Part shown: piece by piece, positions 1 through 8,842 of the stretch
Position numbering within the stretch: position 1 is the first letter of the stretch
How the letters are laid out: each line of letters begins with the position of its first letter
Assembly (NCBI GenBank): GCA_048270185.1
Contig: JBLWTJ010000001.1
Coordinates: forward strand, 864,001-928,000
From: Bacteriovoracaceae bacterium
GTDB taxonomy: Bacteria; Bdellovibrionota; Bacteriovoracia; Bacteriovoracales; Bacteriovoracaceae
Direction of reading: 5' to 3'
Length of the DNA stretch: 64,000 bases
Notes under the pieces: model-generated
Database searches by the model: none
Told to the model about the DNA's origin: nothing
The model's input: only the letters and a program-made list of their open reading frames with translations
Position numbers and translations under genes: made by a program

Positions 1-369
1 CGCCCCTTCATTTCAGATGGCTGTTCTAAATGGCCTGATGGAACATTAAAAAAGCCAGATGCATGGCTTAAGTGCTGCTTCAAACACGATCAGCAATATT
101 GGCTTGGAGGTACACAGTCCCAACGCTATAATGCCGATCAACAACTGAAGGCCTGTGTAAAAGAAGAGTTTGCAGATTGGATGTCAATTGTCATGTACCT
201 TGGAGTTCGAATTGGTGGTGTTGCCGAATTTCAAACATCTTATCGTTGGGGCTATGGCTGGAATTATGACCGTGGCTATCTTCCTCTAACGCAAAAAGAA
301 GTTAATTATGCTAAGACAATAGCACCAAAAGAATCTGATGCTATTGAAAAATATCTAAGACAAAATTAA
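1..369 (+). CDS. 5'-truncated prokaryotic phospholipase A2-like (DGCS...CC..HD) protein
   Basis: Frame 1 is open from base 1: RPFISDGCSKWPDG...WLKCCFKHDQQYWLGG...ADQQLKACV...GVRIGG...YRWGYGW. The ORF track shows only the last 62 aa. Confidence 0.6.
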   Translation, partial: RPFISDGCSKWPDGTLKKPDAWLKCCFKHDQQYWLGGTQSQRYNADQQLKACVKEEFADWMSIVMYLGVRIGGVAEFQTSYRWGYGWNYDRGYLPLTQKEVNYAKTIAPKESDAIEKYLRQN

Positions 370-3278
370 TTTAGCGTTTGAACAAAGTCTTTAGAGGCTT
401 CAAGAGCATCTTTAAAATTCGCACGATGTATTTGATAAGGTTCCATCTGTTTTGTAAGCTTTGCCATTGTCGAGTTCTTCCACTTCTTGATTCGTGAATC
501 AATAACAACAACAGCTCCTGCATCAGATTCAGTTCTTAAAAGTCGTCCAAGTTTTTGGTGAAGACTTCTTGTACGGTGAGCAAGATAATAATCTTCGAAT
601 TCATTTCCAATATTGGTCTCGTAGTACTCACGTCTAAGTCGCACAACTTGATCCATTGAAAGATCAGGAATCTTATCAATAAAGACAAATCTTAGGGCAT
701 CTCCTGGAACATCAATCCCCTCTCCAAAGGACTCCATTCCAATGAGGATTCCATTTCCAGATTCTTTAAAGTCTTCGACTACATTGGCCCCCATTCCTTG
801 AACAAAGACCGGCAGCTTCCCTTCAAACTTATCAAGCATATATTCCACGGCCTTCTCAAATCGAGCGCGAGCAGAGAAAAGCAGAAGGGAGCGTCCATCA
901 ATATCCTCAATAAAAGGAGTCAGACGATCACAAATCGTCTTTACAAAGTCTTTGTCATAAAGGGATGGCGTATCATCACATAAGAAAACTCTTGTGCGAT
1001 CTTTGTAGTCATAGACAGAAGGTAGAAATAACCCCGTTCTAAATCTTCTTTCAGGCTCACTGTAGAGATAACCAGTGGACCATTCCATCCCTTTACTTCC
1101 AAGATCGCCATGTTCATTGCCAAGAGTTGCCGATGTATAGACAACTGAAGATGAAGTTTGCAGAAGTTGGTCATGTAGGATTTTACCTGTATTAATTGGC
1201 CCAGCACTTAGTAAGAAACCTTGTTTCTCATGGTACTTCATTGAAAAAGAATATGGCTGAGTTGATGTTTCAATCTTTAATAGAAGTGATAATGCATTCA
1301 TCACATCTTCAAGTGTTCCAACGAAAGACTCAAAGCGAGTCCATGCTGTAATCTCAGGCTGTCCCTGCATATCACTTACTTGCCAACGAATGGTATATGG
1401 ATAAAGTCGATCATATACTGACTTTAGTAGGTGGTAGATACTCTCCAGGTGATGAAAAACACTTAGGCGAAGTGCTTCCTTTTCATTTGGCATAATCATC
1501 GGAAGCTCATTCCAGAACTTATCAGTATAACGAGGCATCTTTTTAAAGATCATTTCAAACTTATCAGGTAATTCAAATAAGTGTTCCCTTAGCATCGATG
1601 CCGTATCAATTGAAAGCATTCTTAAAGAAGAGATTTCTTCTTCTTGTTTACCGCTTTCATCATCTCCCATCATATTTGAAATAAGATAGAAGAGAGAGCC
1701 TAAACCTTGAAGATTTTGTAATTGCTTTTGTAAGCTTTCTAAATCACTTTGCCCAACTTCTGCCGAGAATGAATTAGTCGCCTCACCTTCAATCTTATGG
1801 GCCTCATCCACTACAACATAAGCTGGACGTGGAAAAGACTTTGTCCAAGAAAACATGAGAGCGTGGTTACCAACAATGATATCCGCTTCCTTTGCATCTC
1901 TAAGTCCCCTAATATAAGTACAATTCGTATAGAATGGGCATTGCTTATTCGAGCAGGCCCTATAATCAACGGCCAGATCCTTTTGCGCCTGATCAAAATT
2001 TTCTAACTTCATTCGCAGAACAAAAGGTAGATCATCTTTTGCAATCATATGCTCTAGTGCACTATTAGAATTATGATAGAAGAGAGCATCAAAATAGATA
2101 TCTGCAAACTTTTCTTTGAGATCATTTCCTTGAGAGAATAGATCTGTTTCATTCTGTCTTTGCGTAAAGAGTAGTTCACAAAAGTGGTTACTAGAGCCAA
2201 CTAATTGTCTGATCTTTAAGTCTTTTGGTGATACACCTAAGAGCTTATGAAGAGCTGGCACATCCTTATTCATGGCCTGTGCCTGAAGTGTCTTTGTTCC
2301 AGTCGCAATTAATACTTGTTTTTGCTCAGTGATAGCAAATAAAGCTGCAGGTACTAAATACCCTAAAGTCTTTCCTGTTCCCGTTGGAGCCTGAATCATT
2401 GAGTGAATATGATTCTTAAATGATTGACCGACTTTTAGAGCAAGTCCTTCTTGTGACTGTCGATACTTGTAACCATTAAAAAGTGTTGAAACTTTTTCTT
2501 CATCACCGAAGATCTTCTTAACATTTTCACCAGAAAATTTAAGATCAAAATTCTGATGATATTCCTGCTTATCTTCTAACGTTTTAGGGTATGCCCACGC
2601 GAGAGCTTGATCAATATGCTTTGTCGGATCAAAATCTATTTGCTCAGCAATTTCCATGACCTCTTCTTCATAGAGGCATAGAAATTTAAAAAACCAATAA
2701 TCTTGTAATGAATACTTATGCATTAGAGACATTAGAAAGTTATACTTACCAGCGTCTTTCTTCGTCATAAGTGTTGTGACAATAACAACCTTAAGGAGGT
2801 CCACTGAGTCTTGTAGACCACGGTGAAGTTCTTTATCTGCTAAACCAAATCCAACGATAAAGTTCTCTAGTTTAAGAGAAGACATATGTGGAAAAATTAA
2901 TGACAAGAAATAAAGTGAATCTTGCCAACGGTGTCCTTCTCTAAAGTCTAATTTTTCAAAATGGTGATCGAGAAAACCTTCCTCAAAGTCTGCATTATGA
3001 GCGAGAATATCATGGCCATCAAGCTCAAGAACTTCACCAATAACATCTTCTAAGCGCGGAGCTTTCTTAAGCATCTTATTGTCGATGCCAGTAAGCTTTT
3101 GAATAAATTTTGAAATTTCAAAATCTGGACGGCATAGTGATTCATATTGTTGAATCAACTTTGTCCCTTCAAATTGCAAAAATCCAACATCAATTATTTC
3201 ATCGACGCTAGCATCTGCTCCTGAAGTTTCAATGTCTAATAAGGCCCATTTACCAAGTGTGTTATTTTCTGTCGTCAT
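366..3278 (-). CDS. dinG: DnaQ-like (DEDDh) exonuclease / DinG family helicase fusion
   Basis: N-terminal DIETSG, HNADFE, HRGLQD exonuclease motifs; QAPTGTGKT Walker A, DEAH, EGIDVPG, QKLGRLLR helicase motifs. Confidence 0.9.
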   Translation of the reverse strand: MTTENNTLGKWALLDIETSGADASVDEIIDVGFLQFEGTKLIQQYESLCRPDFEISKFIQKLTGIDNKMLKKAPRLEDVIGEVLELDGHDILAHNADFEEGFLDHHFEKLDFREGHRWQDSLYFLSLIFPHMSSLKLENFIVGFGLADKELHRGLQDSVDLLKVVIVTTLMTKKDAGKYNFLMSLMHKYSLQDYWFFKFLCLYEEEVMEIAEQIDFDPTKHIDQALAWAYPKTLEDKQEYHQNFDLKFSGENVKKIFGDEEKVSTLFNGYKYRQSQEGLALKVGQSFKNHIHSMIQAPTGTGKTLGYLVPAALFAITEQKQVLIATGTKTLQAQAMNKDVPALHKLLGVSPKDLKIRQLVGSSNHFCELLFTQRQNETDLFSQGNDLKEKFADIYFDALFYHNSNSALEHMIAKDDLPFVLRMKLENFDQAQKDLAVDYRACSNKQCPFYTNCTYIRGLRDAKEADIIVGNHALMFSWTKSFPRPAYVVVDEAHKIEGEATNSFSAEVGQSDLESLQKQLQNLQGLGSLFYLISNMMGDDESGKQEEEISSLRMLSIDTASMLREHLFELPDKFEMIFKKMPRYTDKFWNELPMIMPNEKEALRLSVFHHLESIYHLLKSVYDRLYPYTIRWQVSDMQGQPEITAWTRFESFVGTLEDVMNALSLLLKIETSTQPYSFSMKYHEKQGFLLSAGPINTGKILHDQLLQTSSSVVYTSATLGNEHGDLGSKGMEWSTGYLYSEPERRFRTGLFLPSVYDYKDRTRVFLCDDTPSLYDKDFVKTICDRLTPFIEDIDGRSLLLFSARARFEKAVEYMLDKFEGKLPVFVQGMGANVVEDFKESGNGILIGMESFGEGIDVPGDALRFVFIDKIPDLSMDQVVRLRREYYETNIGNEFEDYYLAHRTRSLHQKLGRLLRTESDAGAVVVIDSRIKKWKNSTMAKLTKQMEPYQIHRANFKDALEASKDFVQTLN

Positions 3279-3397
3279 ATATTCCTAGACTCCCCTCACT
3301 ATTTAACTTAGCACCGTTAAATCGTATTGATAATCAACTTTTTATGTCATATTCTACTAAGCATAATACTAACGTTTAACTACCTTAAAGGACTGCC

Positions 3398-3793
3398 ATG
3401 TCTTCAGCGACATTTTTCCAAATCCAATCATTTTTGATTCTATCTTTAATGATTTACGGAGTAACACAAAGCAAAAAGAGAATGAAGCACGTCAAGATTA
3501 TGTCTGCAGCTATTATCTGGGATATCATTCTTGTTCTTCAAATTGAACTAAACAGAAGTGCAATCGATAAAGCACTAGAGGTTTTCCAATCACAAGCAGC
3601 TCTAAAGATTCACCTCTTCTTTGCTGTTTCAAGTGTGGTTCTCTACTTCATTATGATCTTTACAGGGCGTAAAGTTCTTAAAGGTTATAATAGCTATAAA
3701 AAGAAGCACCGTTTTCTTGGTATCACGACTCTAGCTTTTAGAATTCTAACTTTCATTACAAGCTTCTACGCTGTATCGAAAACTCTAGCATAG
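3398..3793 (+). CDS. DUF420-like 4-TM membrane protein
   Basis: Four hydrophobic segments with conserved His (KHVKIM, IHLFFA, HRFLG). Confidence 0.6.
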   Translation: MSSATFFQIQSFLILSLMIYGVTQSKKRMKHVKIMSAAIIWDIILVLQIELNRSAIDKALEVFQSQAALKIHLFFAVSSVVLYFIMIFTGRKVLKGYNSYKKKHRFLGITTLAFRILTFITSFYAVSKTLA

Positions 3794-3802
3794 GACAAAT
3801 TT

Positions 3803-4054
3803 ATGTTATTTGAACAAGTAAAAACAATTATCGAAGAGAATATTAAAGATTCACAAGTGCAGGTCTATGACCTAACTGGTGGTGGTGATCACTTAGGAAT
3901 TACAATCATCAGTGATGAATTCAAGGGCAAGATGCTTCTTGCTCAACATAGAATGGTCATGGATGTTTTAAAGCAGAAATTAAGTGAAGATCTTCACGCT
4001 GTTCAACTTAAGACTTTAACAGTTGAACAAGCACAATCTCAGGGGTTAATCTAA
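3803..4054 (+). CDS. bolA: BolA/IbaG family protein
   Basis: DLTGGGDH...SDEFKGK...QHRMV...LHAVQLKT signature. Confidence 0.9.
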   Translation: MLFEQVKTIIEENIKDSQVQVYDLTGGGDHLGITIISDEFKGKMLLAQHRMVMDVLKQKLSEDLHAVQLKTLTVEQAQSQGLI

Positions 4055-4060
4055 CCCCTG
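4040..4060. terminator. Hairpin between convergent bolA and small ORF
   Basis: CAGGGGTTA-ATC-TAACCCCTG, 9-bp stem. Confidence 0.55.
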
Positions 4061-4075
4061 AAGCATTTTTACGGC

Positions 4076-4192
4076 CTAATGATGGTCGTCCATCATTGCA
4101 TCATCAAAGTCCTTACATGCAATAGCTAGAGAAGCTGGTAGAAGGGCCCAAAAACCTACTAAACATAGTGCAACAAATACTTCTAAACTCAT
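4076..4192 (-). CDS. 38-aa single-TM small protein (below ORF-track cutoff)
   Basis: MSLEVFVALCLVGFWALLPASLAIACKDFDDAMMDDHH*, preceded by AAAGGA SD. Confidence 0.6.
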   Translation of the reverse strand: MSLEVFVALCLVGFWALLPASLAIACKDFDDAMMDDHH

Positions 4193-4236
4193 ATATTATC
4201 CTTTTACAGGTTAAATTTAATTGATTCTAAATTCGA

Positions 4237-5445
4237 TTATAAGTCATTTAGACTTTCTTGACTAGAAAATTCGACCTCTGGCAATTGCCCCTTTTCGATG
4301 TCGACTTCCATAATCTTTTGAAATCTCTTAGAAATCTTTCCTGTTGTTATATTAATATTATTGACGTCCTTCGTGACTGTCGCAAGATGCTTTGTCAGAT
4401 CAGTCCATCTCTTTTCATAAAGGCCAAAGTCCACCCCTAATTTATTAATCTCTTCATGGAGAATCGACATATACTTAGAGCGCTCCATATTCATCATAAC
4501 ACTTTGAACTGTCGTCAGTGTTGCCATGAAAGTTGTAGGACTTGCTATCCAAACATTCTTCTTTTGTGAATAGGCAATGATATCTTCATGATAAGCATGA
4601 ATTTCAGCAAAGATGGCCTCGGCCGGCAAGAAGAGAACGGCCTGCTCCGAAGTCTCTCCATTTAAAATATACTTTGAAGAGATATCATCGATATGTTTTT
4701 TAACGTTCTTTACAAATTCTTTTCGAGCATTTGCCTTCTCTTCAATACTTCCTTCAAACATGCGCTTAAAGTTCTCAAGAGGAAATTTTGAGTCCACACA
4801 AAGCTTTCCAATAGGCTCAGGCAGATCAAGCATCGCATCGACTAATTTATCATTAGAGAGTTTATATTGAAGTTTGTAGTACTTATCACCATCTCCAAAG
4901 ACAGACTTTAAAAGAGAAGTCAGCTGAACCTCTCCGAAGATCCCACGGGACTTCTTATCTGTTAGAACCTCTTGTAGGCTAACAACATTAGTTGAAAGAG
5001 ATTCAATTTTCTTTTGGGCCTCATCAATTTTTGCAAGGCGAGCGATAATTCCAGTGAATGTTTCATTTGTCTTCTTGAAACCTTCATTAAGATTTTCTTG
5101 AACCTTATTATTAATCTTTTCAAGCTTGTCTTGAATTGCAAGGTTAGTCTTATCAAATTTCTTTTCCAGATCTTGAGTCAGTTGATCCTTAAACATAAAC
5201 ATATCTTTATTTAAGGCCCCCTTAGTCTCCATTAGACGCTCAACAACGATTTCACGTAGATTTGAAAAATTCTCTGCAAGCTGATTATTATTTTTAAAGA
5301 GTGTATCTGTGATCTCATCTTTTTGCGTACGAACAAGAGAAGTTACTTCATCGAAATTAACAGTGTGCTCTTTTTTAAAGATCACAAATAAGAAAGCGAT
5401 AATTGCGACTTGTAATAAAATGATAATGATTAATATTGGCGTCAT
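4237..5445 (-). CDS. rmuC: DNA recombination protein RmuC
   Basis: N-terminal TM, coiled coil, KSRGIFGEVQL, VDSKFPL, FLPAEAIF, SPTTF motifs. Confidence 0.9.
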   Translation of the reverse strand: MTPILIIIILLQVAIIAFLFVIFKKEHTVNFDEVTSLVRTQKDEITDTLFKNNNQLAENFSNLREIVVERLMETKGALNKDMFMFKDQLTQDLEKKFDKTNLAIQDKLEKINNKVQENLNEGFKKTNETFTGIIARLAKIDEAQKKIESLSTNVVSLQEVLTDKKSRGIFGEVQLTSLLKSVFGDGDKYYKLQYKLSNDKLVDAMLDLPEPIGKLCVDSKFPLENFKRMFEGSIEEKANARKEFVKNVKKHIDDISSKYILNGETSEQAVLFLPAEAIFAEIHAYHEDIIAYSQKKNVWIASPTTFMATLTTVQSVMMNMERSKYMSILHEEINKLGVDFGLYEKRWTDLTKHLATVTKDVNNINITTGKISKRFQKIMEVDIEKGQLPEVEFSSQESLNDL

Positions 5446-5450
5446 TTAGC

Positions 5451-6392
5451 TTATTCCTCAACTATTGAAAGTGTTAAATTCTGTGGACGACTACTCTTCT
5501 TCTGTTCTTTAAGAAATTGTAATCCATCAACCCACTCACCTTGAATGCGAACTCCCCAGTGCAAGTGCGGCGCACTTGAGCGTCCAGTATTACCACTTAA
5601 AGCAATGATTTGACCACGTTTTACCATATCACCTTGCTTGACCTTAAATTTTGACAGGTGGCAATACATAGTAATGATACCCGCTCCGTGATCGATAAAC
5701 ACTGCGTTACCATTAAAGAACAAATCGTGAACCAGAATAACTCTTCCATCGTTTGAAGCCTTCACAGGAGTTGGTTTGCGAGCACGCATATCTACTCCAG
5801 AGTGCCAGCTATTCTTCTTGTCATTGAAAACCCTGCGATTTCCGTAAACGGCCGTAATTTTACTATTTAGAGGCCTGATAAATTCTCTTTGCGTCAAAGA
5901 CTTCGAGATCGAAGCACTTGCATAAGCTTCATTTTGTAGCGCTACTTCCTGCTTCCAGCGCTGGACGGCCTCAGGAGAAAGATCCACGTGTTTCTTAGAT
6001 ACTTTGATATAACTCTTCTTGTACTCAAAAGGCTTCACTTCAAAAGTAGCAAAGTGATATTGAACGTCATGGCCATAAACATCAGACTTTAAATAACAGT
6101 GAACTGTCGTTGGTGCGTTGGTTTCCTCACCGTCCTTCGTCTCAAAGTACCAGTACTTAGGTCCCCAAACTGCTTCCATCACGCCATCTTTAACATCGTA
6201 GCCTAATTCTTTATCACCACAGACAATTTTAAAGTTTTCCCCAATTGTCGGAAGTCTCAAGGAAATCTTATTGACCTTCCCAGGATATGCTACCCTTTGT
6301 TCCACATTGTATGAACCTAGTTTCGGAAGAGGTTTAATATTTGCGCAAGAATAGATAAAGAAAAGAAGTGCTAGTATTGTGATTTGTCTCAT
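5451..6392 (-). CDS. M23 family metallopeptidase lipoprotein
   Basis: Lipobox (FIYSC); HSGVD, YCHLS, PHLHW M23 motifs. Confidence 0.9.
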   Translation of the reverse strand: MRQITILALLFFIYSCANIKPLPKLGSYNVEQRVAYPGKVNKISLRLPTIGENFKIVCGDKELGYDVKDGVMEAVWGPKYWYFETKDGEETNAPTTVHCYLKSDVYGHDVQYHFATFEVKPFEYKKSYIKVSKKHVDLSPEAVQRWKQEVALQNEAYASASISKSLTQREFIRPLNSKITAVYGNRRVFNDKKNSWHSGVDMRARKPTPVKASNDGRVILVHDLFFNGNAVFIDHGAGIITMYCHLSKFKVKQGDMVKRGQIIALSGNTGRSSAPHLHWGVRIQGEWVDGLQFLKEQKKSSRPQNLTLSIVEE

Positions 6393-6494
6393 AAGAAAAT
6401 TATGACAAAGAAGTCACGTTTTTTAAATGCCTATTGCTTTAAAAGTACTGAAAATCAGGGTATAAACAAATATATTTATTTTTAAGGGGTATCA

Positions 6495-7835
6495 ATGGCA
6501 GCGATTAAGCCACAAAATGCAAAAGGGACAAGAGATTTCGGTCCAATCGAATCAGCAAGAAGAAATTTTATTTTTGAGACGATCAAAGAACGCTTCCAGT
6601 CACATGGTTTCATGCCACTTGAAACTCCAGCAGTTGAAAATCTAAATGTTCTAACAGGTAAATACGGAGAGGAAGGAGATAAACTTCTTTTTCGCGTTCT
6701 AAACTCAGGTGACTTTCTAAAGAAAGTAAAACCACAAGACTTAGAAGAAAAAAACCTTGGGGCCGTCTCAAGTAAGATGTGTGATCGTGGGCTACGTTAT
6801 GATCTAACAATTCCATTTGCCCGTTTTGTTTGTGCCAACCTAAATGATCTGGCCCTGCCATTTAAGCGCTATCAAATCCAACCAGTATGGCGAGCTGACC
6901 GTCCTCAAAAAGGTCGCTACCGCGAATTCTACCAATGTGATGGTGACATCATTGGAACAGAATCTCTTCTTAGTGAAGTTTCACTTGTTGAAGTTTATCA
7001 CGATGTTTTCAATGACCTAAAAATCGACGGTGTTGAAATCGTCATTAATAATAGAAAAATCCTCCAAGGAATCGCAAGTGTTCTTGGCGTTAGCGACAAG
7101 CTAACGGATATGACAGTTGCCATTGATAAGCTCGATAAAATTGGAGCTGAAAAAGTTGGCGAAGAACTTCTTGGCCGTGGCTTTAGTGCCGATCAAGTTG
7201 CAAAGCTATCGACTCTTCTAACACTTGAAGGCGATTCAGATAAGAAGCTTGCGACAATTAAGTCATTCTTAGGTGAAGATGAAATCGGAAAACTTGGACT
7301 AGAAGAACTTGAATTTGTTCTATCAAATGTAAGTGAACTTGGAATTGAGAATTTAGTATTTGATCCTACTCTTGCAAGAGGCCTTGACTACTACACAGGT
7401 TGCATCTTTGAAGTAAAACTTGTGGACGGTTCAATGGGAAGCATCGGTGGCGGTGGACGCTATGATGATCTTACAAGTATGTTTGGCCAAAAAGAAAAGC
7501 TCTCGGGAGTTGGAATCTCTTTTGGTGCAGAAAGAATTTATGATGTCATGCTTGATCGTGGCCTCTTTGAAGATATTAGTGCCAGCGTTGATTATATGAT
7601 CATCAATATGAGTGATGAGGATCAAAAAGAATATCTTAAAATTGCTCGCAAGTTTAGAGCTCAAGGTCATTCAATTGAGATCTACCCTACTTCGGCAAAG
7701 ATGAAGAAGCAGATGACTTACGCTAATAAGCGTGGGGTTAAGAATGTGATCTTCTATGGGGAAGCTGAGAAAGAGAAAGGTGTTCTGCAAGTCAAGAACA
7801 TGGAATCTGGGGAACAATCAGAAATTCAAAAATAG
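6495..7835 (+). CDS. hisS: Histidine--tRNA ligase
   Basis: KGTRDF, LRYDLT, WRADRPQKGRYREFYQCD, RGLDYYTG, GGGRYD. Confidence 0.97.
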   Translation: MAAIKPQNAKGTRDFGPIESARRNFIFETIKERFQSHGFMPLETPAVENLNVLTGKYGEEGDKLLFRVLNSGDFLKKVKPQDLEEKNLGAVSSKMCDRGLRYDLTIPFARFVCANLNDLALPFKRYQIQPVWRADRPQKGRYREFYQCDGDIIGTESLLSEVSLVEVYHDVFNDLKIDGVEIVINNRKILQGIASVLGVSDKLTDMTVAIDKLDKIGAEKVGEELLGRGFSADQVAKLSTLLTLEGDSDKKLATIKSFLGEDEIGKLGLEELEFVLSNVSELGIENLVFDPTLARGLDYYTGCIFEVKLVDGSMGSIGGGGRYDDLTSMFGQKEKLSGVGISFGAERIYDVMLDRGLFEDISASVDYMIINMSDEDQKEYLKIARKFRAQGHSIEIYPTSAKMKKQMTYANKRGVKNVIFYGEAEKEKGVLQVKNMESGEQSEIQK

Positions 7836-7881
7836 TCGACTTCTGCTCCTGCCTCTCGTCGACATACCGTCTATCCTCGAC

Positions 7882-7918
7882 ATAAAAAAAAGCCACTCTA
7901 AGAGTGGCCTTTTTATTT
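7882..7918. terminator. Bidirectional intrinsic terminator between hisS and histone gene
   Basis: A-tract, GCCACTCT-A-AGAGTGGC, then T-tract. Confidence 0.75.
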
Positions 7919-7940
7919 CTAACGAAATGTATTCGTTCGA

Positions 7941-8201
7941 TTATCCAAGGATATCGTATGGACGAATAGTCTTTCTACCGTTAGCTGTACATCTCTTTTG
8001 AGCTTGATCAACTAGCCAGTATACGTACTCGTTCATAGCTTCAAGAGCGTCTGAAGATACATTGTATCCTTTACCCTTAAGTGCTTCTTTAGTCTTAGAA
8101 CCAACTAGTAGCATTTCTTTTTTCTTAGATGCTGCTTTCTTAGTTGTTTTCTTAGCTGCCTTCTTTGGAGCTGCTTTTTTAGTAGCTTTTTTCTTTGCCA
8201 T
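7941..8201 (-). CDS. Bacterial histone (Bd0055-like histone fold) with Lys/Ala-rich N-terminal tail
   Basis: Residues 29-86 (EMLLVGSKTKEALKGKGYNVSSDALEAM...ANGRKTIRPYDI) match the LVxSKxK...N.S...GRKT...DI pattern of Bdellovibrio Bd0055; residues 2-28 are K/A/T/P/S only; SD GAGG upstream. Confidence 0.85.
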   Translation of the reverse strand: MAKKKATKKAAPKKAAKKTTKKAASKKKEMLLVGSKTKEALKGKGYNVSSDALEAMNEYVYWLVDQAQKRCTANGRKTIRPYDILG

Positions 8202-8391
8202 TTTAAACCTCTTGTTTAGTAGTTTTTAACGAAAAATATCTTATATTGTAATTTTAAGGACCTAGCTTAATGAACGTCAATAAAAAAAACGGATTGCCAC
8301 CTTTAATTGCCAAAAAAAGCCCCTAATCTCAACTAAATAAGTGGGTAAATCGGTCACCTTTGCAGCGATTTTGATCTTAAGGTAATCTTTC

Positions 8392-8838
8392 ATGATGGAC
8401 ATCCAAGATATTAGAATTGCTACACAGAAAAGTAATCAATTCATTCTCGCTTTCGAAAACCTCACGAGTAATACAGAGGTCCTCGACACCAGTAAGAGTC
8501 AATTAGTTCTGCTTGAGAGTCCTACTCAAATCTGTGCACTCATACCAAAGAAAAGTTGTGCTAACGGACACCGAATTGAACTTTATATTATTCAAGCAAA
8601 TGATCTTCAAAAGAATCAAATTAATGATATTCGAAAGGCTCCAAAAGCAATTCGCCTCTCTTGTATCGTCAAGGATCTTGAAGAGTATAACGAAGAACAA
8701 AACCATGTTGTTTTCAAAGTACTTGAGGACAATATTGGTCAACATAAAGAAATAGAAGCCGTCATCTTAGAGCGACAAGAAAATTTTAATAATCTCATTA
8801 AAGAGTTTAGAAACACACAAATTGTAGAAGACGAGTAA
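8392..8838 (+). CDS. Hypothetical protein
   Basis: 148-aa ORF, 4 bp upstream of the REC-TPR gene. Confidence 0.65.
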   Translation: MMDIQDIRIATQKSNQFILAFENLTSNTEVLDTSKSQLVLLESPTQICALIPKKSCANGHRIELYIIQANDLQKNQINDIRKAPKAIRLSCIVKDLEEYNEEQNHVVFKVLEDNIGQHKEIEAVILERQENFNNLIKEFRNTQIVEDE

Positions 8839-8842
8839 AGCG

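Noticed and set aside
7941..8201. Calling the Lys-rich protein a plain H1-like/Hc1 or HU protein
   Set aside because: The C-terminal 58 aa fit the histone-fold pattern and lack HU signature motifs
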